Below, in pieces: positions 11,178 to 22,700 of a stretch of 64,000 bases of DNA. Numbering within the stretch: the stretch's first letter is position 1; each line of letters begins with the position of its first letter. Source of the DNA: Eledone cirrhosa. Taxonomy: Eukaryota. The stretch spans positions 11,098,001-11,162,000 of the forward strand of contig OZ024764.1 of the NCBI GenBank assembly GCA_964016885.1, in the 5' to 3' direction. The translations under genes and the position numbers were made by a program. The notes beneath the pieces were generated by a model. It ran no database searches. It was given only the letters and a program-made list of their open reading frames with translations, and was not told the DNA's origin.

Positions 11178-11568
11178 GGCGGTGAAATGCCAGTATCGGT
11201 AGAGGGTTGGACGCCATGTTTTCTAGCATAGTTACGTCCCTTTACAGTCTGAGTTCAAATCCCGCCGAGGTTAACTTTGCCTTTCATCCTTACGGGGTCG
11301 ATAAAATAAAGTACCAGTAATACACTGGGTAATTGCTGGCCTTGTGCCAAAAGTAGAAACAATTAATTATAATATATAATAATTGTTTCTACTTTTGGCA
11401 CAAGGCCAGCAATTACCCAGTGTATTACTGGTACTTTATTTTATCGACCCCGTAAGGATGAAAGGCAAAGTTAACCTCGGCGGGATTTGAACTCAGACTG
11501 TAAAGGGACGTAACTATGCTAGAAAACATGGCGTCCAACCCTCTACCGATACTGGCATTTCACCGCCC
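11178..11568. mobile_element. Two tail-to-tail SINE B copies forming the palindrome centre
   Basis: SINE B on plus 11178-11365 and its reverse complement 11380-11568. Confidence 0.85.
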
Positions 11569-11940
11569 TTATATATTATTATTATAATATATAATAATAA
11601 TAATATAATTTTCTATTTCAGAGCTCCTATAGTTTGGAAGAGAGGCTGCTTGCAAGTGTATGGACACATGATCATGTGCATTCTGGCAAGAGCATGGAGG
11701 ATGTGTGACGTCACTTCACACCAAGATTCGGCAAACCAGCTCCTCTGAAGAGGACGATACTGCGATGGGAACATAAACTGTTTTTCATTACTTTTTGGTA
11801 GGCGGGTGACAAGACTTTCGGACCACCCTGTATTTTGAGCTGTTTTAACTTCACCTACCTCTCTCCAATTTTTTTATTGTTTTTGTAAAAAACAATATTT
11901 TTTTCATATATATATATATGATGTGGTTGAGAGGTGGTGT

Positions 11941-12425
11941 GCCACTTTTTGAGATCGGTGTAGAAATTCGACCTTCGTAAAGACTGGAAGATCTGTCTCT
12001 TCGTTGCTACAGTGGAGTCTGTGTTACTGTACGAGTCTGAGACTTGGACACTGACCAAGAAACTCACTCAGATGGTGGATGGGTGCTACACGAGAATGCT
12101 GAGGATGGCTCTGAACATTAATCAGTATACACTGAGGATGAAGAACTCAGAGCTGTACGGGAGCCTCCCAAAAGTCAGCTCAAAAGTGACACAGAGGAGA
12201 CTGAGATTAGCTGGACATGCTCATCGACATCCAGAGTTGACATTGCACTCAGTGCTCCTGTGGGAGCCCCTATACAGACACACGAGAAGAGGGAGATCGA
12301 GGTTTAACATATGTTGATGCCCTAAGGACAGACACTGGTCTCTTGGAGACGCAGGACATGGCAGCGATGATGAGGGACAGAGACCACTGGAGAGAACTCG
12401 TCCATGGATCTCAGGAATTTTACCC
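11941..12425 (+). mobile_element. RTE-group LINE 3' fragment (third family)
   Basis: VESVLLYESETWTLTKK..DGCYTRMLRMALNI..RRLRLAGHAHRHPE..LLWEP..RGR; close copy at 24518-24870 on minus. Confidence 0.8.
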
Positions 12426-12796
12426 ACCCATTTCATTTTACGTCCACTTTTCCCTGCTTGCAAGGGTGGGACGATAGATAGATAATATATATCGTGTTGG
12501 TGATCTACACAATAAAGGCTCATAGTACATGCTGTAAAGTGGTTGGTGATAGGAAGGAAACCCAGCAGCCATATAAAAGCTTGCCAAACAAAGGATTGAA
12601 AGAACCCTTCAGTTGTGTCCAAGACATGACAACCTCCACTGTGCACTCAGTAGAATGTGAGACCTTATTTAAGAGAGATGTGGACCTCTGGCCTATCTGA
12701 GAGATCAGTAGCCCCACTTCAGTACTGACTTAATCTATGTAGACCTGTCCAACCCTTGCTAGCAGGGAAAGTGGACATTAAAGATGATGATATATA

Positions 12797-13254
12797 CAGG
12801 GTGATTGAAAAGTAACTCGCTATTTTAAAATGCTTTTAATTTATTTCCTAACTATAATTTTTACAAGAAATGAATATGAGAAGAAAGTATATAGTATGGA
12901 GTTTTATTTAAAATTCAATATGGCCACCAGTATTTCAAGCCACCCGAGAACCGCATCAACTGATTTCACCCTTCAAGTTCTTCCAAAGTCGTTGATTTGG
13001 TAGAGTAGACTTGCTCCTTTAACCAACCCCAAAGAAAAAAGTCGCAGGGTGTTAAGTCAGGGCTTCTGGCTGGCCACTCATGCGGACGACAACCCATACA
13101 TCTCCCAGGGAAGTTGGCATTCAGCCATTCATGAACAACAATAGCAAAATCAAATCTTCAATATTCTCCCAAGTACTGGTAACTGGCTAGATTTCATCTT
13201 GCAGCATCGTGAGGTACCTTTCGGCATTCAATAGGGAGTTACTTTTCAATCACC

Positions 13255-13257
<3 letters not shown>
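12797..13257 (-). mobile_element. Internally deleted Tc1/mariner element with intact TIRs
   Basis: TIRs CAGGGTGATTGAAAAGTAACTC(G/C)CTATT at both ends with TA flanks; minus-strand WLNANFPGR..EWPARSPDLTPCDFFLWGWLKEQVYS. Confidence 0.9.
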
Positions 13258-13302
<45 letters not shown>

Positions 13303-13337
13303 AATGCCGAAAAGTACCTCATGATGCTGCAAGATAT

Positions 13338-13687
13338 GGAGGCGCATGGCTTAGTGGTTAGAGCATTGGCCTTGCAATCGAAAGCTTGTGAGTTCAATTC
13401 TCAGACCGGGTGATGTGTTGTTTCCTTGAGCGAGAAACTTTATTTCACATTGCTCCAGTTTACTCAGCTGTAGAAATGAGATGATAGGGACTGGGGCCCC
13501 TTTCATTCCACTGCAAAGTGGTCGTGGAGGTGCCATGGCAAAAAAGCACCCAGCCCACACTGTAAATGAGATTGGTGTTAGGAAGGGCATCCAGCTGTAG
13601 AAATCAAGCCAGAATCAGTTCCCGTCCCACCCTTGCAAGCAGGGAAAAAGCGGACGTAAAATTAAATGATGATGATGATGATGATGA
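13338..13687 (+). mobile_element. tRNA-derived SINE family A (full length)
   Basis: A-box TGGCTTAGTGG, B-box GAGTTCAATTC, RTE UTR module, 3' end CCCGTCCCACCCTTGCAAGCAGGGAAAAAGCGGACGTAAAA and (GAT)n. Confidence 0.88.
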
Positions 13688-13702
13688 GATATATATATAT
13701 AT

Positions 13703-14707
13703 CAAGTAAGAATATTTTCGAAACAGCGAGTGGGTTTGAAATTATTAGAAATGTAAGCTATCGCCGTATTTTGACTAAAGAAATTATTTAGCCTGATAGT
13801 GGAGTTAAGAATCCTCGGAGAAATGGAAAAAGATGAGTATTGACGTACATGGGAGTCGAACCCACATCTTTGGTTATCCGGACCACTGTGCTACCATTTA
13901 CACCAACACATGGACATGTGATGCGTATGAAGGATGACAGCTGCATAAAAAGGTGCAGAGCACTAGAAGTTGATGGAAACCGCGGAGTGGGGAGACCCAA
14001 GATGACTTGGGATGAGGTGATAAAAGCCGACCTTACCCAACTACACCTCTCAAAGTCAATGACACACGACCGTGACTTCTGGCGTCACGCAGTAATACAG
14101 GGTACCCGACCTCCCATGGGTACATGCTGAAGCATATAGACAATATGCCCCCCCCCCCCCACCGCAAGGTGGTCGTGGAGGTGCCACGGCAAAAAAAGCA
14201 CCCAGCCCACACTGTAAAGTGGACGTGTAGGCGCCACGAAAAAGCACCCAGCACTCACTGTAAATGAGGTTGGTGTTAGGAAGGGCATCCAGCTGTAGAA
14301 ATCAAGCCAGATCAGTTCCTGTATGAGCAAGGCATGGTCAGCCGACCAGACACTGCCCACAACAGGACAACCCGTCTAACCCATGCTAGCGTGGAAGAAC
14401 GGACGTAAAACGGTGATGATGATGATGATGACATCACCCGTCTTTTTCCATCGCTGTTTCGAAAATATTCTTACTTGACATTACAGTCGCTAAGTTTATA
14501 GCTTCTAATTTGAACGGAAAAAGACAGGTGATGTGTTGGTGTAAATGGTAGCACAGTGGTCCGGATAACCAAAGATGTGTGTTCGACTCCCATGTACGTC
14601 AATACTCATCTTTTTCCATTTCTCCGAGGATTCTTAACCCCACTATCAGGCTAAATAATTTCTTTAATTTCTTTAGTCAAAATACGGCGATAGCTTACAT
14701 TTCTAAT
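13703..14707. mobile_element. Inverted pair of a tRNA-like-headed repeat, split by an RTE insertion
   Basis: 13703-13909 (plus 14431-14450) is the reverse complement of segments in 14451-14707; cloverleaf-like head at 14529-14601 with GTTCGACTCCC T-arm. Confidence 0.72.
13910..14430 (+). mobile_element. RTE family 2 3' end
   Basis: GHVMRMKDDSCIKRCRALEVDGNRGVGRPKMTWDEVIKAD, UTR module, (GAT)n tail; nearly identical to 46303-46823. Confidence 0.87.
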
Positions 14708-15479
14708 CATCACCATCATTTTACGTCCCCTTTTCCCTGCTTGCAAGGGTGGGACGGGTCTTATTCAGCACAGCTGATAAGCGTTTTGGCATTGTTACAC
14801 TGGTTGGATGCCCTGCCTAACACCAGCGCCACTTTACAGCATGGACTGGGTGCTTTTATTTGTGCCACCAGCACTAGAGAGGATGTCTTACTAGACTCAA
14901 GGGCCTAAGACTAATATATATATATATATATAAAGGTGGGGTGCAGTGGTGTTTGGGGTGGTGACGGTTATTGTATTGGTGCTGGTGACTGTGCTGTGGT
15001 GCAGTAGTATTCATGGTAGTGATGGTTGTTGTGGTGGCTGTGTTGCAGTGTTCGTTGTGGTGGTTGCAGTGGTGATGGTTGCCATGGCGTTGATGGTTGT
15101 TGTAGTGTTGGTGGTTTTTATAAGAGTTTGCCATTCAATTATGTCTAAACATATTTACACAAGCTTTTCTGTAAACACACAAAAATATATCCATTTTTAT
15201 TCAAGTGTAATGATGCGTGTAATATTTTCTATTGGAAATATTGGTGGTTTCATAACGATTATTATAAGTAAACAAATATTTTATTCTACTTTGAGAACAT
15301 TCATCTCCTCTACAAACAGAAGCAATCAACTATTCTATGGCGCCCTACAAGTATTTGATAGAGCATATTTCATGTGACCTCTTCCTTCCTTGTCATCCCA
15401 TCCTCATATCTGAGGGTCAGGGATCATGAACTTATTGATCAGCACTCTCCATATTTTCCTGTTTCTTGCCATTGCCGTA

Positions 15480-15780
15480 CATTCCACCAAACTCCTTCCT
15501 TAATATCATCCGTCCATCTCCTTTTCTGCCATCCCCTGGCTGTTTTTTCCCTGTACACATCCCCCAAGGATGTGGGTAGTTAAATTTGGGGTCTTTAATA
15601 CATGACCAAAATACTGAAGTGTCCTTTCCCTTACTGTTTCAACCAACTGTCGCTGGCACCAATCTCTTCAAGGACAGATTCATTTGTTCTGTCAGCTGTC
15701 CAGCTAATTCTGAGTGCACCCCTATCACATGACATTTCAAATGCACTTAATCGATTCTTTGTTCCATGTCAGCTGTGAGA
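15480..15780 (-). mobile_element. Old RTE/BovB-like LINE 3' fragment
   Basis: Minus NRLSAFEMSC..ALRISWTADRTNESVLEEI and LQYFGHV motifs. Confidence 0.6.
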
Positions 15781-15922
15781 GTCAACTCGTACACCTATAC
15801 AAAAGGATCAAATTTAGATTTTAGATGGTGGTGAGGATGAAGCTAATGGTGGTGATGATGGTTATGGTGGTGATGGCGAGGATGACGGTGGTGAGGGTGA
15901 TGCTAACGGTGGTGGTGGTGAT

Positions 15923-16816
15923 TTAGTCCAGATATAAACGAGATGGTTTTTGTTTCTCTCCTGTATGAACACGTTTGTGGGAATTCAATCTACCCTTCCG
16001 AGGGAATGATTTACCACAGATATCACATTGATATGGTTTCTCTCCTGTATGAATACATTGGTGCGTAATTAATCTACCTTTTTGAGAGAATGATTTACCA
16101 CAGATATCACAAAGATATGGCTTCTCTCCTGTATGAGTACGTTGATGGGTAGTGAAGTTAGTTTTTTGAGAGAATGATTTACCACAGACATCACAGTGAT
16201 ATGACTTCTCTCCTGTATGAACTCGTATGTGTTTAGTTAAATGACCAGTTTCAGAGAATGATGTACCACAGATATTACAGTGATATGGCTTCTCTCCTGT
16301 ATGAATACGTTTGTGTCTGGTTAAGTCACTACTTCCAGAGAAGGATTTACTACAGATATCACAGTTATATGGCTTTTCTCCTGTATGGACACGTTTGTGA
16401 ATAGTTAAATTACTTTTTTTAGAGAATGATTTACCACAGATATCACAGAGATATACTTTATCTTCTGTATAAGTATGTTTGTGTCTAGACAAGGCACTTC
16501 TGTTAGAGAATGATTTACCACAGATATCACAATGATATGGCTTCTCCCCTGTATGAATACGTTTGTGTTTAGTCAAAACATCATTTCGAACAAATGATTT
16601 ACTGCAAATATCACACTGATATGGTTTATCTTCTGTATGAATACGTATGTGTTTAGCTAAACTACTTCTATGGGAGAATGATTTACCACAGATATCACAG
16701 TGATATGGCTTCTCTCCTGTATGAATACGTTTGTGAGTAGTTAAATTATATTTTTGAGACAGTGATTTACCACAGATATCCCAATGGTATGGGGATTTTC
16801 CTATCTCCGTTGACAT
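15923..16816 (-). CDS. Tandem C2H2 zinc-finger protein, 297 aa, 10 repeats (8 intact), no effector domain
   Basis: 28-aa repeats [11 protein letters not shown]...H..IHTGEKP. The track start at 16867 is a TTG with an in-frame TGA upstream (16895-16897); first ATG is 16816. Finger 1 has C>W and finger 4 H>Y. Confidence 0.85.
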   Translation of the reverse strand: MSTEIGKSPYHWDICGKSLSQKYNLTTHKRIHTGEKPYHCDICGKSFSHRSSLAKHIRIHTEDKPYQCDICSKSFVRNDVLTKHKRIHTGEKPYHCDICGKSFSNRSALSRHKHTYTEDKVYLCDICGKSFSKKSNLTIHKRVHTGEKPYNCDICSKSFSGSSDLTRHKRIHTGEKPYHCNICGTSFSETGHLTKHIRVHTGEKSYHCDVCGKSFSQKTNFTTHQRTHTGEKPYLCDICGKSFSQKGRLITHQCIHTGEKPYQCDICGKSFPRKGRLNSHKRVHTGEKQKPSRLYLD

Positions 16817-17065
16817 CTCTCTCTCCAATATATGGATGTATTTCTCGTTTCTGTTCTTATATTCCAAACAAATATTTCTTCTGCTATATTTCCCTCAACT
16901 GTGTTCTCCTCTGATATCTAAAGATGCTGCAACTTTTATTCTTTCAAATTGGTTCAAGTTTATATATTTAGTATGAAACATTGTCTTGTAAACATGCCAA
17001 GCAGTGATGAAGAAAGATGTTTCCATTAATCTCAGTTCAGAGGAATTACTTTATAGAAATTCTAC

Positions 17066-17305
17066 CAAGGATAATGATCATTGGGTGAAGAAATGCCAGG
17101 AAATCCCAGTAGAAGGAAGCCACAGTAAAGATATACCAAGGAAGATCTGAGCAGAGGTTGTGAGAGCTGATCTCAAATCACTGAAACTCACAGAAAAGAT
17201 GACTTATGAATGCGATGAGTGGAGAGATGCTTTGCTCAAGAGGACCTGTCCAGCCCATGCAAGTGTAGAAATGCAGATGTAAAAAGGACAAAGACGACAA
17301 TGATG
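17066..17305 (+). mobile_element. RTE 3' fragment inserted antisense into the ZNF 5'-UTR exon
   Basis: DNDHWVKKCQEIPVEGS..PRKI*AEVVRADLKSLKLT; the flanks align to the uninterrupted paralogous UTR at about 25250-25400. Confidence 0.78.
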
Positions 17306-17388
17306 AAAGTTATATCTGTTCTGTATAAAATCTTCCTTTAGTCTTTAAATGATGACATAATTCTCTCTTGCCAATGTCATTTGGTATT

Positions 17389-17410
17389 CTGAAATAATAA
17401 AGAAACAGTA
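17389..17410 (-). promoter_or_regulatory. Splice acceptor of the minus-strand ZNF exon
   Basis: CTGTTTCTTTATTATTTCAG|AATACCAAATGACATTGG, homologous to the acceptor at 25190. Confidence 0.65.
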
Positions 17411-17447
17411 TGAGATAACAGAGAATACTTTAAAATTAGAGATTTAA

Positions 17448-17501
17448 CCCTTTAGCATATTGTTTTAACTTTCATTTTTTTGGTAAATATCATTAATTAT
17501 A

Positions 17502-17532
<31 letters not shown>

Positions 17533-19556
17533 TAATTTTCTATTTCAGAACTCCTAGTTTGCAAGTGTAGGGACACATGATCGTGTGCATTCTGGCAAGA
17601 GCATGGAGGATATGCAGCATGACTTCACTGCAAGATTCGACAAACCAGCTCCTCCGAAGAGGACGATACTGCGATAGGAACATAAACTGTTTCTCATTAC
17701 TTTTTGGTAGGGGGGGGGGGGGGGTGACAAGACTTTTGGACCACCCAGTACATTATTCTATATATACTATTATATTTTCATGGTAAAGGCTTTACCTCAC
17801 ATAACATTTACATTACTCTATATATATACTATTGTATTTTCACAGTAAAGACTTTACCTCACATAATATCTCACATAACATTTACATTACTCTATATATA
17901 TACTATTGTATTTTCACAGTAAAGGCTTTACCTCACATAATATCTCACATAACATTTACATTACTCTATATATACTATTGTATTTTCACAGTAAAGGCTT
18001 TACCTCACATAACATTTACATTACTCTATATATACCATTGTATTTTCACAGTAAAGGCTTTACCTCACATAATATCTCACATAACATTTACATTACTCTA
18101 TATATACCATTGTATTTTCACAGTAAAGGCTTTACCTCACATAATATCTCACATAACATTTACATTACTCTATATATACCATTGTATTTTCACAGTAAAG
18201 GCTTTACCTCACATAACATTTACATTACTCTATATATACCATTGTATTTTCACAGTAAAGGCTTTACCTCACATAATATCTCACATAACATTTACATTAC
18301 TCTATATATACCATTGTATTTTCACAGTAAAGGCTTTACCTCACATAATATCTCACATAACATTTACATTACTCTATATATACTATTGTATTTTCACAGT
18401 AAAGGCTTTACCTCACATAATATCTCACATAACATTTACATTACTCTATATATACTATTGTATTTTCACAGTAAAGGCTTTATCTCACATAATATCTCAC
18501 ATAACATTTACATTACTCTATATATACTATTGTATTGTCACAGTAAAGGTTTTACCTCACATAATATCTCACATAACATTTACATTACTCTATATATACT
18601 ATTGTATTTTCACAGTAAAGGCTTTACCTCACATAATATCTCACATAACATTTACATTACTCTATATATACTATTGTATTGTCACAGTAAAGGTTTTACC
18701 TCACATAATATCTCACATAACATTTACATTACTCTATATATACTATTGTATTTTCACAGTAAAGGCTTTACCTCACATAATATCTCACATAACATTTACA
18801 TTACTCTATATATACTATTGTATTGTCACAGTAAAGGTTTTACCTCACATAATATCTCACATAACATTTACATTACTCTATATATATACTATTGTATTTT
18901 CACAGTAAAGGCTTTACCTCACATAATATCTCACATAACATTTACATTACTCTATATATACCATTGTATTTTCACAGTAAAAGCTTTACCTCACATAATA
19001 TCTCACATAACATTTACATTACTCTATATATACCATTGTATTTTCACAGTAAAGGCTTTATCTCACATAATATCTCACATAACATTTACATTACTCTATA
19101 TATACTATTGTATTTTCACAGTAAAGGCTTTACCTCACATAATATCTCACATAACATTTACATTACTCTATATATACTATTGTATTTTCACAGTAAAGGC
19201 TTTACCTCACATAATATCTCACATAACATTTACATTACTCTATATATACTATTGTATTTTCACAGTAAAGGCTTTACCTCACATAATATCTCACATAACA
19301 TTTACATTACTCTATATATACTATTGTATTTTCACAGTAAAGGCTTTACCTCACATAATATCTCACATAACATTTACATTACTCTATATATACTATTGTA
19401 TTTTCACAGTAAAGGCTTTATCTCACATAATATCTCAAAAAATACCGAATCTACGAGATTTTGATATTATTTATTTTGAGAACAATACCTTAATATCAGA
19501 ATGAGCGGCCAGTTACAACCAGTTTCAACAGAATGAGGTGAGAGAATTCTGGCTGG
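17448..19556 (+). mobile_element. piggyBac-like MITE carrying about 23 tandem 72-bp units (17750-19437), interrupted by a Tc1 remnant
   Basis: TTAA-CCCTTTAGCAT at 17444-17458; unit CACAGTAAAGGCTTTACCTCACATAATATCTCACATAACATTTACATTACTCTATATATACTATTGTATTTT with a 60-bp variant; unique subterminal TTTTGAGAACAATACC...GAGAATTCTGGC. Confidence 0.78.
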
Positions 19557-19747
19557 GTTCAAATCCCTCCAAGGTTAGCTTTGAACCCAGAATGTAAAGG
19601 GCCGTAACTCAACGCCGCAAAGAGTTACACACTTTACGTTTTGGGTTCAAATCCCGCCACGGTTAGCTTTGAATCCAGAACGCAATGGGTGTAACAATAA
19701 TAATGATATTGTGTAGGAACGGGTTATCAAAATATCATTATATATAC

Positions 19748-20163
19748 ATCGCAGAGGATATGCGACGGCTGGAGAGAAATGAGGCAAGCATGCTCCGTTG
19801 GATGTGCAGTGTAAATGTGCGTGAACGACCCAGCATAAATGTGTTGAGAGAGAAACTGTGTCTGAGAGGGATAGAATGTAGTGTACTGGAGAGGAGACTG
19901 AGGTGGTATGGACATCTGATGCGCATGGAGGATGACCAATGGGTAAAGAAGTGCCAGGAAATGCCAGTTGAAGGAAGACGTGGTAGAGGTAGACCACGAA
20001 AAACATGGGCGGAGGTGGTGAGAACAGACCTCAGATCATTGAAGCTCACGGTGGAGATGACGAGGGACCGTGACGAGTGGAGAGATGCTGTGCTGAATAA
20101 GACCCGTCCCACCCTTGCAAGCAGGGAAAAGCGGACGTAAAATGATGATGATGATGATGATGA
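19748..20163 (+). mobile_element. RTE family 1 3' end
   Basis: RRLERNEASMLRWMC..RRLRWYGHLMRME..GRRGRGRPRKTW..REKRT-stop then (GAT)n. Confidence 0.9.
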
Positions 20164-20196
20164 TATATAAGGAGTTAGTTGACAGGTTTGGTTTAA

Positions 20197-20834
20197 CTCT
20201 TTAGCATATAAACTGACCATATCCGGCCAGAATTCTCTCACCTCTTTCTGTTCAAACTGGCCATAACGGGCCACTCATACTGATGTTAAGGTATTGTTCT
20301 CAAAATAAATATCAGAATCTCATAGATTCGATATTATTTGAGATAATTATGTGAGGTAAAGCCTTTACTGTGAAAATACAATAGTATATATAGAGTAATG
20401 TAAATGTTATGTGAGATATTATGTGAGGTAAAGCCTTTACTGTGAAAATACAATAGTATATATAGAGTAATGTAAATGTTATGTGAGATATTATGTGAGG
20501 TAAAGCCTTTACTGTGAAAATACAATAGTATATATAGAGTAATGTAAATGTTATGTGAGATATTATGTGAGGTAAAGCCTTTAATGTGAAAATACAATAG
20601 TATATATAGAGTAATGTAAATGTTATGTGAGATATTATGTGAGGTAAAGCCTTTACTGTGAAAATATAATAGTATATATAGAGTAATGTAAATGTTAGGT
20701 GAGATATTGTGTGAGGTAAAGCCTTTACTGCGAAAATACAATAGTATATATAGAGTCATGTAAATGTTATGTGAGATATTATGTGAGGTAAAGCCTTTAC
20801 TGTGAAAATATAATAGTATATATAGAGTAAAGGT
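20197..20834 (-). mobile_element. piggyBac-like satellite MITE (about 6-7 units)
   Basis: TTAA at 20193-20196 and 20835-20838; ends CTCTTTAGCAT / TAAAGGT; same subterminal region and 72-bp unit. Confidence 0.8.
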
Positions 20835-20929
20835 TTAAACTTTAAACTGAAGTAAATTCGTCGCTTTCCCGCGTTAAATTATTTTTTTAAAATGTAATTA
20901 AGAAACATATTATTAACATTGAATAAATA

Positions 20930-21064
20930 ATTATTTCTACTTTTGGCGCAAGGCCAGCAATTATCCCAGGATGAAAGGCAAAGTTAACCTCGGCGGGATT
21001 TGAACTAAGATCATAAAGGTCTGTAACTCTAAGCATAGCGTCCGACCCTCTACCGATACTGCCA
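20930..21064 (-). mobile_element. SINE family B (internally deleted)
   Basis: Reverse complement of the SINE B head and tail. Confidence 0.78.
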
Positions 21065-21465
21065 ATAAACATTTTCATATTCATAATTAGAATTTCAATA
21101 CGTGATCGATCATCCTGTAGCGATGGGTGGGCCTGCAAATGACAATTGAGATCGATGAATCTAAATTTATGCACCGGAAATATTATTACGGAAGGTATTG
21201 AGAAGGTAACAGTTAGGGTTGCTTAGGACGTCGCCCACGCTTCATCTCACACAATATCTCAAATAATACCGAATCTACGAGATTTTTATATTATTTATTT
21301 TGAGAACAATACCTTAATATCAGCCTGAGTGGCCAGTTACAGCTGGTTTGAACAGAAAGAGGTGAGAGAATTCTAGCGGGGTTCAAATCCCTCCAAGGTT
21401 AGCTTTGAACATAGAATGTAAAGGGCCGTAATTCAATGCCGCAAAGAGTAACACACTTTACGTTT

Positions 21466-21640
21466 GTAACCGGTGGCTGGTAGTCATACAATGCCCTCTC
21501 GCAACATGAAGTTGTAAACCATCGTTACAACTTTGTGGGCCCCAACGACTCCACAATCCACACAAACAGTGTTGAAGGCAGCTGGGGGTTTTGCAAAGTC
21601 AAATTCCGTGCCACGAGAACACGCAAGGCACTTTTCAGCA
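21466..21640 (+). mobile_element. Merlin/IS1595 (ISXO2-like) DDE transposase fragment
   Basis: VTGGW*SYNALSQHEVVNHRYNFVGPNDSTIHTNSVEGSW fits the (D)GW..Y..L...H..VNH...FV.P....HT..VE..W signature. Confidence 0.7.
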
Positions 21641-22249
21641 CTCAATACAAAAAAATAATTTAACGCGGGCAAAGTTCAAGATAACCAATATATCATCGAA
21701 CAGTTTCATTTAAATATATTATTTACACACATTAATACAGACTTTAAAGTAAATTTTTGTTAACTTACCAGCTTTCAGATATAATTAATTTGTCAGTGCT
21801 TTGTAAAAACAAACATTATTACAATGCATTGAGAGTGGTCTCCCTTTGTGAGGTTGGTTACCTAAATTATCCGTTAGGGGGGAACAAGTAAATAGTATTT
21901 TTAATATTCTGAGTTCGAATGCCACCGAGGAAAACTTTGCCTTTTAACCTTCCAGGGTCAAGAAAATAAGATACCAGTCAAATTTACTAAATTGATCCCT
22001 TCCCCCAAAATTTTGCTTCTTTCGCTCATCTAAGAAATCAATATATTAAATGTTAGTTGTATTAACAGGCTTGGTTCGTTCCGCTGTCTTTGTATTCAAA
22101 AGTCCATTCCATTGTTTAGTGTAACCCATATATTTCCCGCTTACTAAACATACGTGCCAGACATTTTCAACAATATATTATTTAACTATAATTATATATG
22201 TTATATATGTATAATATTAATATCATATGTACATGAATAATTGTTTCAG

Positions 22250-22342
22250 GAAGTCGTGACAAACACACTGGAACAACCATTGACTTCGTGGACATCAACT
22301 CTGACTTAACATTTTAAATTTCGAATCCTTTTCTACTGTTAA
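22250..22342 (+). other. Candidate non-coding 5'-UTR exon of the plus-strand ZNF gene
   Basis: TTGTTTCAG| acceptor and |GTAAGT donor bracket 93 nt of non-repetitive sequence; no transcript evidence. Confidence 0.3.
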
Positions 22343-22477
22343 GTAAGTATTTCAAACATTTTCAGTAAACTATTTCTTATAAGAATCTGTGATTTTATTT
22401 ACATAAATTTTACCAAAGTGCATACCATAAGATAAGACTATAAAGTTAGAGAAATTAATAATATTTAAACGAAAAAG

Positions 22478-22690
22478 CAACGAAGGTAAGGGTTGGCACG
22501 AGTACCGAATAAAAGGTAGCTAGGTTGACATTTACACCAACCTCCCTTATTCTGATTACTGAATGCTGAAGCTGACGCATTACTCTACCATCTCTTGCAA
22601 TTCTTGCACTTAATTCAGCCTCTTGCCTTCCATGGCTTGTGAACAAGGCTCCGAGATACGAACTCTCTACCAGCTTCAGTGGAACTCAAT
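22478..22690 (-). mobile_element. RTE (Rex3/Expander-like) LINE fragment
   Basis: YLGALFTSHGRQEAELSARI..FYSVLVPTLTF; downstream-type segments of a similar family lie at 28175-28485. Confidence 0.7.
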
Positions 22691-22700
22691 TTATGGTAGA

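Larger units (their letters stand above)
10807..11938. repeat. Near-perfect 1.13-kb palindrome
   Basis: 10807-11365 is the reverse complement of about 11380-11938, with a ~14-nt AT spacer; two substitutions seen, both C/T at CpG. Confidence 0.93.

Noticed and set aside
14529-14601. Functional tRNA gene
   Set aside because: Anticodon loop lacks U33 and a purine at 37, the T-stem is mismatched, and it is embedded in a repeat; treated as a tRNA-derived head.
16817-16867. N-terminal extension of the minus ZNF ORF in the track
   Set aside because: Starts at TTG shortly after an in-frame stop; the region aligns with the paralog's 5' UTR.
17832-19504. Long ORFs (358, 532, 190 aa) with 24-aa repeats
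   Set aside because: Translation of the 72-bp satellite; open in several frames and also present in the opposite orientation elsewhere.
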